Origin: an uncultured Gemmatimonadales bacterium
Lineage (GTDB): Bacteria > Gemmatimonadota > Gemmatimonadetes > Longimicrobiales > RSA9
Assembly (NCBI GenBank): GCA_963783305.1
Contig: CAWAMW010000016.1
Location: 512,001-576,000 of the forward strand
Length of the DNA stretch: 64,000 bases
Direction of reading: 5' to 3'
Made by a program: the position numbers and the translations under genes. The notes beneath the pieces were generated by a model. It ran no database searches, had not been told where the DNA came from, and was given only the letters and a program-made list of their open reading frames with translations. The stretch's first letter is position 1. Each line of letters opens with the position of its first letter. Shown here one piece after another: positions 61,060 through 64,000 of this stretch.

Positions 61060-61102
61060 CCGACTCCGGAGCCACCCCCATACTCGAACCCGACGCCGAA
61101 TC

Positions 61103-61390
61103 ATGTCCGACTACCTGATCGTTTTCGTGCTCACCGCGATCGCCCTGGGCGCCATCGCGTTTCCGATCCTGGTCGGCCGCCATCGCTACGGCGACAGCGC
61201 GGAGCTCGAGGCCGACGTGAAGCGCTACCGGCAGGCGCTCCGACACGGAAGCGTCTGCGTCCGCTGTCGCCAGGCCAACGCACCCGAGAGCGAATTCTGC
61301 GGCGAGTGTGGCCAGGCGCTGGGCTCGAGCGAGTCCCAACCTATCGACGGGGAACGCGGCTTGCGGTCGGAGGAAGGTCGCCTAGACTAA
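61103..61390 (+). CDS. Small membrane-anchored zinc-ribbon protein
   Basis: N-terminal TM, CVRC-x10-CGECG. Confidence 0.75.
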   Translation: MSDYLIVFVLTAIALGAIAFPILVGRHRYGDSAELEADVKRYRQALRHGSVCVRCRQANAPESEFCGECGQALGSSESQPIDGERGLRSEEGRLD

Positions 61391-61435
61391 CCCTCGTTGA
61401 CACGAGAATCTTGACTTCCGACTGCAGGAGGATCC

Positions 61436-62050
61436 ATGGCCTATCCCTTTGAGCTGCCCGACCTGCCCTACGCGTTCGACGCGCTCGAGCCGCACATCGA
61501 CGCCCGGACGATGGAGATCCATCACGACCGGCATCACGCGGGCTACACGAAGAAGCTGAACGCCGCGATCGAGAAGCACTCCGACTGGCAGGACAAGTCG
61601 ATCTCGGACATCCTGCGGGGCATCGACCAGGTGCCCGAGGATATCCGGACCGCGGTGAGGAACAACGGCGGCGGGTACGCGAACCACGACCTGTTCTGGA
61701 AAGTGATGTCGCCGAAGGGCGGCGGCGCTCCGTCTGGTGACCTGGAGAAGGCGATCGACAGCAGCTTCGGCTCGGTCCAGGAGCTGAAGCAGAAGCTGAG
61801 CGATGCGGCGTCGGGGCAGTTCGGCAGCGGCTGGGGCTGGCTTGTGCTGAGCGGCGGATCGCTCAAAGTGTACTCGACGCCGAACCAGGACAGCCCGTAC
61901 ATGAAGAACGACGTTCCGCTCCTGGGTGTGGACGTGTGGGAGCACGCGTACTACCTGAAGTACCAGAACGCGCGGGGCGACTACCTCGATGCCTGGTGGA
62001 ACGTGGTGAACTGGGACGAGGTCGCGCAGCGCTACTCGAACGCCAAGTAG
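61436..62050 (+). CDS. sodA: Superoxide dismutase (Mn-type signature)
   Basis: [36 protein letters not shown]. Confidence 0.95.
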   Translation: MAYPFELPDLPYAFDALEPHIDARTMEIHHDRHHAGYTKKLNAAIEKHSDWQDKSISDILRGIDQVPEDIRTAVRNNGGGYANHDLFWKVMSPKGGGAPSGDLEKAIDSSFGSVQELKQKLSDAASGQFGSGWGWLVLSGGSLKVYSTPNQDSPYMKNDVPLLGVDVWEHAYYLKYQNARGDYLDAWWNVVNWDEVAQRYSNAK

Positions 62051-62067
62051 CCGTGGCGACAGACAGG

Positions 62068-63093
62068 GTGATCGATCTCCGCAGCGACACGGTCACCCGG
62101 CCCACGCCAGGGATGCGTGAGGCCATCGCCTCCGCGGAGGTGGGCGATGACCAGCTCGGCGACGACCCTACGGTCCGCCGGCTGGAAGAGCGCGTGGCGG
62201 AGCTTCTGGGGAAGGAGAGGTCTCTCTTCTTCCCCAGCGGCATTATGGCCAATGAGACCGCCATCGTGGTGCAGGGCCGGCCGGGCACGGAGGCCGTGGT
62301 GGAAGCGTCCTGCCATCTGATCGACTGGGAGGAGGCCGCTGCCGCCGCGTGGGCCGGCATGCAGCTTCGACCCGTCGCCACGACCGACGGGATCCTCACC
62401 GCCGCCGCCGTGCGCCGCGCCATCCGGCCCTCGTCCAACCCGTATCAGCCCGAAACGTCGCTGATCTGCGTCGAGAACACCCATAACGCGGCGGGGGGGA
62501 AGGTCGTGCCGCTCGATGAGCTCAGGGCGGTTCGCGAGGTGGCATCCGAGCACGGCCTCCCCGTTCACATGGATGGCGCTCGCCTCTGGCACGCCGCCGA
62601 GGCCGCGGGCGTGCCGCTCTCCGACTACGCAGCCACCGTCGATACGGTCATGGTCACCCTCTCGAAGGGACTCGGCTGCCCCGTCGGCTCGCTCCTCGCC
62701 GGGACGGAGCCCGTCATGGCCCGCGCGTGGCGCGTCCGGCGGCGCATGGGCGGCTCCATGCGCCAGTCGGGCATCCTCGCCGCGGCCGGCCTTTACGCCC
62801 TCGATCATCACCTCGAGCGACTCGCCGAGGACCACCGGCGGGCCCGGATGATCGCCGATCTGGCCCACGAGATCGAAGGGGTCCAGCCCGTGCACCCCGA
62901 GACGAACATCGTCATGCTCGACCTCGTACGGGCCGACCTGAGGGCCCCCGACATCGTGGCCTCCCTGGCGGAACGGGGCGTCCGGCTGAGCCTGTTCTCC
63001 GACACGCGGCTGCGCGCGGTCACGCACCTGGACGTGGATGACGGGGCCATCGAGCGGGCGATGGAGGCGCTGGCGGCCGTGGTGAGGGGATAA
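62068..63093 (+). CDS. ltaE: Low-specificity L-threonine aldolase
   Basis: IDLRSDTVT, ENTHN, HMDGARL, LSKGLG; alternative GTG start at 62053. Confidence 0.92.
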   Translation: MIDLRSDTVTRPTPGMREAIASAEVGDDQLGDDPTVRRLEERVAELLGKERSLFFPSGIMANETAIVVQGRPGTEAVVEASCHLIDWEEAAAAAWAGMQLRPVATTDGILTAAAVRRAIRPSSNPYQPETSLICVENTHNAAGGKVVPLDELRAVREVASEHGLPVHMDGARLWHAAEAAGVPLSDYAATVDTVMVTLSKGLGCPVGSLLAGTEPVMARAWRVRRRMGGSMRQSGILAAAGLYALDHHLERLAEDHRRARMIADLAHEIEGVQPVHPETNIVMLDLVRADLRAPDIVASLAERGVRLSLFSDTRLRAVTHLDVDDGAIERAMEALAAVVRG

Positions 63094-63098
63094 GGCCC

Positions 63099-63127
63099 TT
63101 GCGGCCGGGAACCCGTAGCGGTATGGT
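63099..63127 (+). promoter_or_regulatory. Putative sigma70 promoter of recA
   Basis: TTGCGG-N17-TATGGT. Confidence 0.6.
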
Positions 63128-63129
63128 TC

Positions 63130-63145
63130 TTCGGCTTCTGTTCGG
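63130..63145. promoter_or_regulatory. Candidate SOS/LexA operator
   Basis: TTCGGCTTCTGTTCGG immediately after the -10; shared with the Cho/UvrC-like promoter. Confidence 0.6.
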
Positions 63146-63295
63146 GATCGGCGGCGCGGCGATCGGCCCGCGAGGCAGCGATCCTGAACGTCCGAACGAC
63201 GCATGCATCTGTCCCGCCGTGCCCTTCCGTGGCCGGTCCGGGCCCGGCATATTCGGCGATAACAGGGCGACAATCACAGCGACAGGCGGGAGTAA

Positions 63296-64000
63296 ATGGC
63301 GGTGGCCGAGCTGACGAAGGAGAAGGAGAAGGCGCTGGATGTAGCGATCAAGCAGATCGAGCGCGCGTACGGGAAGGGCGCGATCATGCGGATGGGGATC
63401 GACGGGATGAAGGTGGAGGTCGCGGCCATTCCCACGGGCGCCATCAATCTGGACGCGGCGGTGGGGGTCGGCGGGATCCCGCGCGGTCGGATCACGGAGA
63501 TCTACGGTCCGGAGTCGAGCGGTAAGACGACGCTCTGCCTGCACGTGATCGCGAACGCGCAGAAGGCGGGCGGTGTGGCGGCGTTCGTCGATGCGGAGCA
63601 CGCGCTGGACATCGAGTACGCGCGGAAGCTGGGTGTGGACGTGGACAACCTGCTGGTGAGCCAGCCGGACACGGGCGAGCAGGCGCTGGAGATCACGGAG
63701 GTCCTGATCCGTTCGGGGGCGATCGACGTGGTCGTGATCGACTCGGTGGCGGCGCTGGTGCCGCGTGCGGAGATCGAAGGAGAGATGGGGGACAGCCACG
63801 TCGGCCTGCAGGCTCGCCTGATGAGCCAGGCGCTACGGAAGCTGACGGGTGCGGTGAACCGGTCGCGCACGTCGGTGGTGTTCACGAACCAGATCCGCGA
63901 GAAGATCGGGGTCATGTTCGGGAACCCCGAGACGACGACGGGCGGGCGGGCACTGAAGTTCTACTGCAGCCTCCGGATGGACATCCGCCGGATCGGCGCC
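63296..64000 (+). CDS. recA: Recombinase RecA (5' part, runs off the window; absent from the ORF track)
   Basis: Translated by eye: [83 protein letters not shown]. Confidence 0.98.
   Translation, partial: MAVAELTKEKEKALDVAIKQIERAYGKGAIMRMGIDGMKVEVAAIPTGAINLDAAVGVGGIPRGRITEIYGPESSGKTTLCLHVIANAQKAGGVAAFVDAEHALDIEYARKLGVDVDNLLVSQPDTGEQALEITEVLIRSGAIDVVVIDSVAALVPRAEIEGEMGDSHVGLQARLMSQALRKLTGAVNRSRTSVVFTNQIREKIGVMFGNPETTTGGRALKFYCSLRMDIRRIGA

Noticed and set aside
1..64000. CRISPR array, IS element, integrase, prophage, tRNA or rRNA
   Set aside because: No spaced repeats, transposase or integrase motifs, or cloverleaf signatures were seen by eye; a tRNAscan/Infernal run would confirm

Overview
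A high-GC, densely coding bacterial chromosome segment with about 61 protein genes, mostly core functions. Gene content and order (mfd-2xPPIase-pdxA-ftsEX-envC-holB; lepA-ROK-PfkB; glmM-glmS-dtd-maf-glpK; sodA-ltaE-recA) suggest a diderm, plausibly Gemmatimonadota (inference only). I found no tRNA, rRNA, CRISPR array, transposase or prophage. The most interesting signals are regulatory or uncharacterised. (1) An RsbW/SpoIIAB-type STAS-HATPase kinase is translationally coupled to a STAS-winged-helix protein behind two sugar kinases, a candidate serine-phosphorylation kinase/transcription-factor pair. (2) An ECF sigma/zf-HC2 anti-sigma operon has a promoter motif GAAAC-N17-CGTA that recurs at four intergenic sites, outlining a regulon. 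(3) A 16-bp direct-repeat box TTCGGC-N3-TGTTCGG is shared by the recA and Cho/UvrC-like promoters, a candidate SOS operator. (4) An aeRF1/pelota-like protein lacks the catalytic Gln and has a sigma54-type promoter, a candidate ribosome hibernation factor. (5) Two paralogous stand-alone proteins resemble the LeuA allosteric domain. Many start codons were re-assigned from the ORF track by eye; all family calls are from motif recognition, not database searches.
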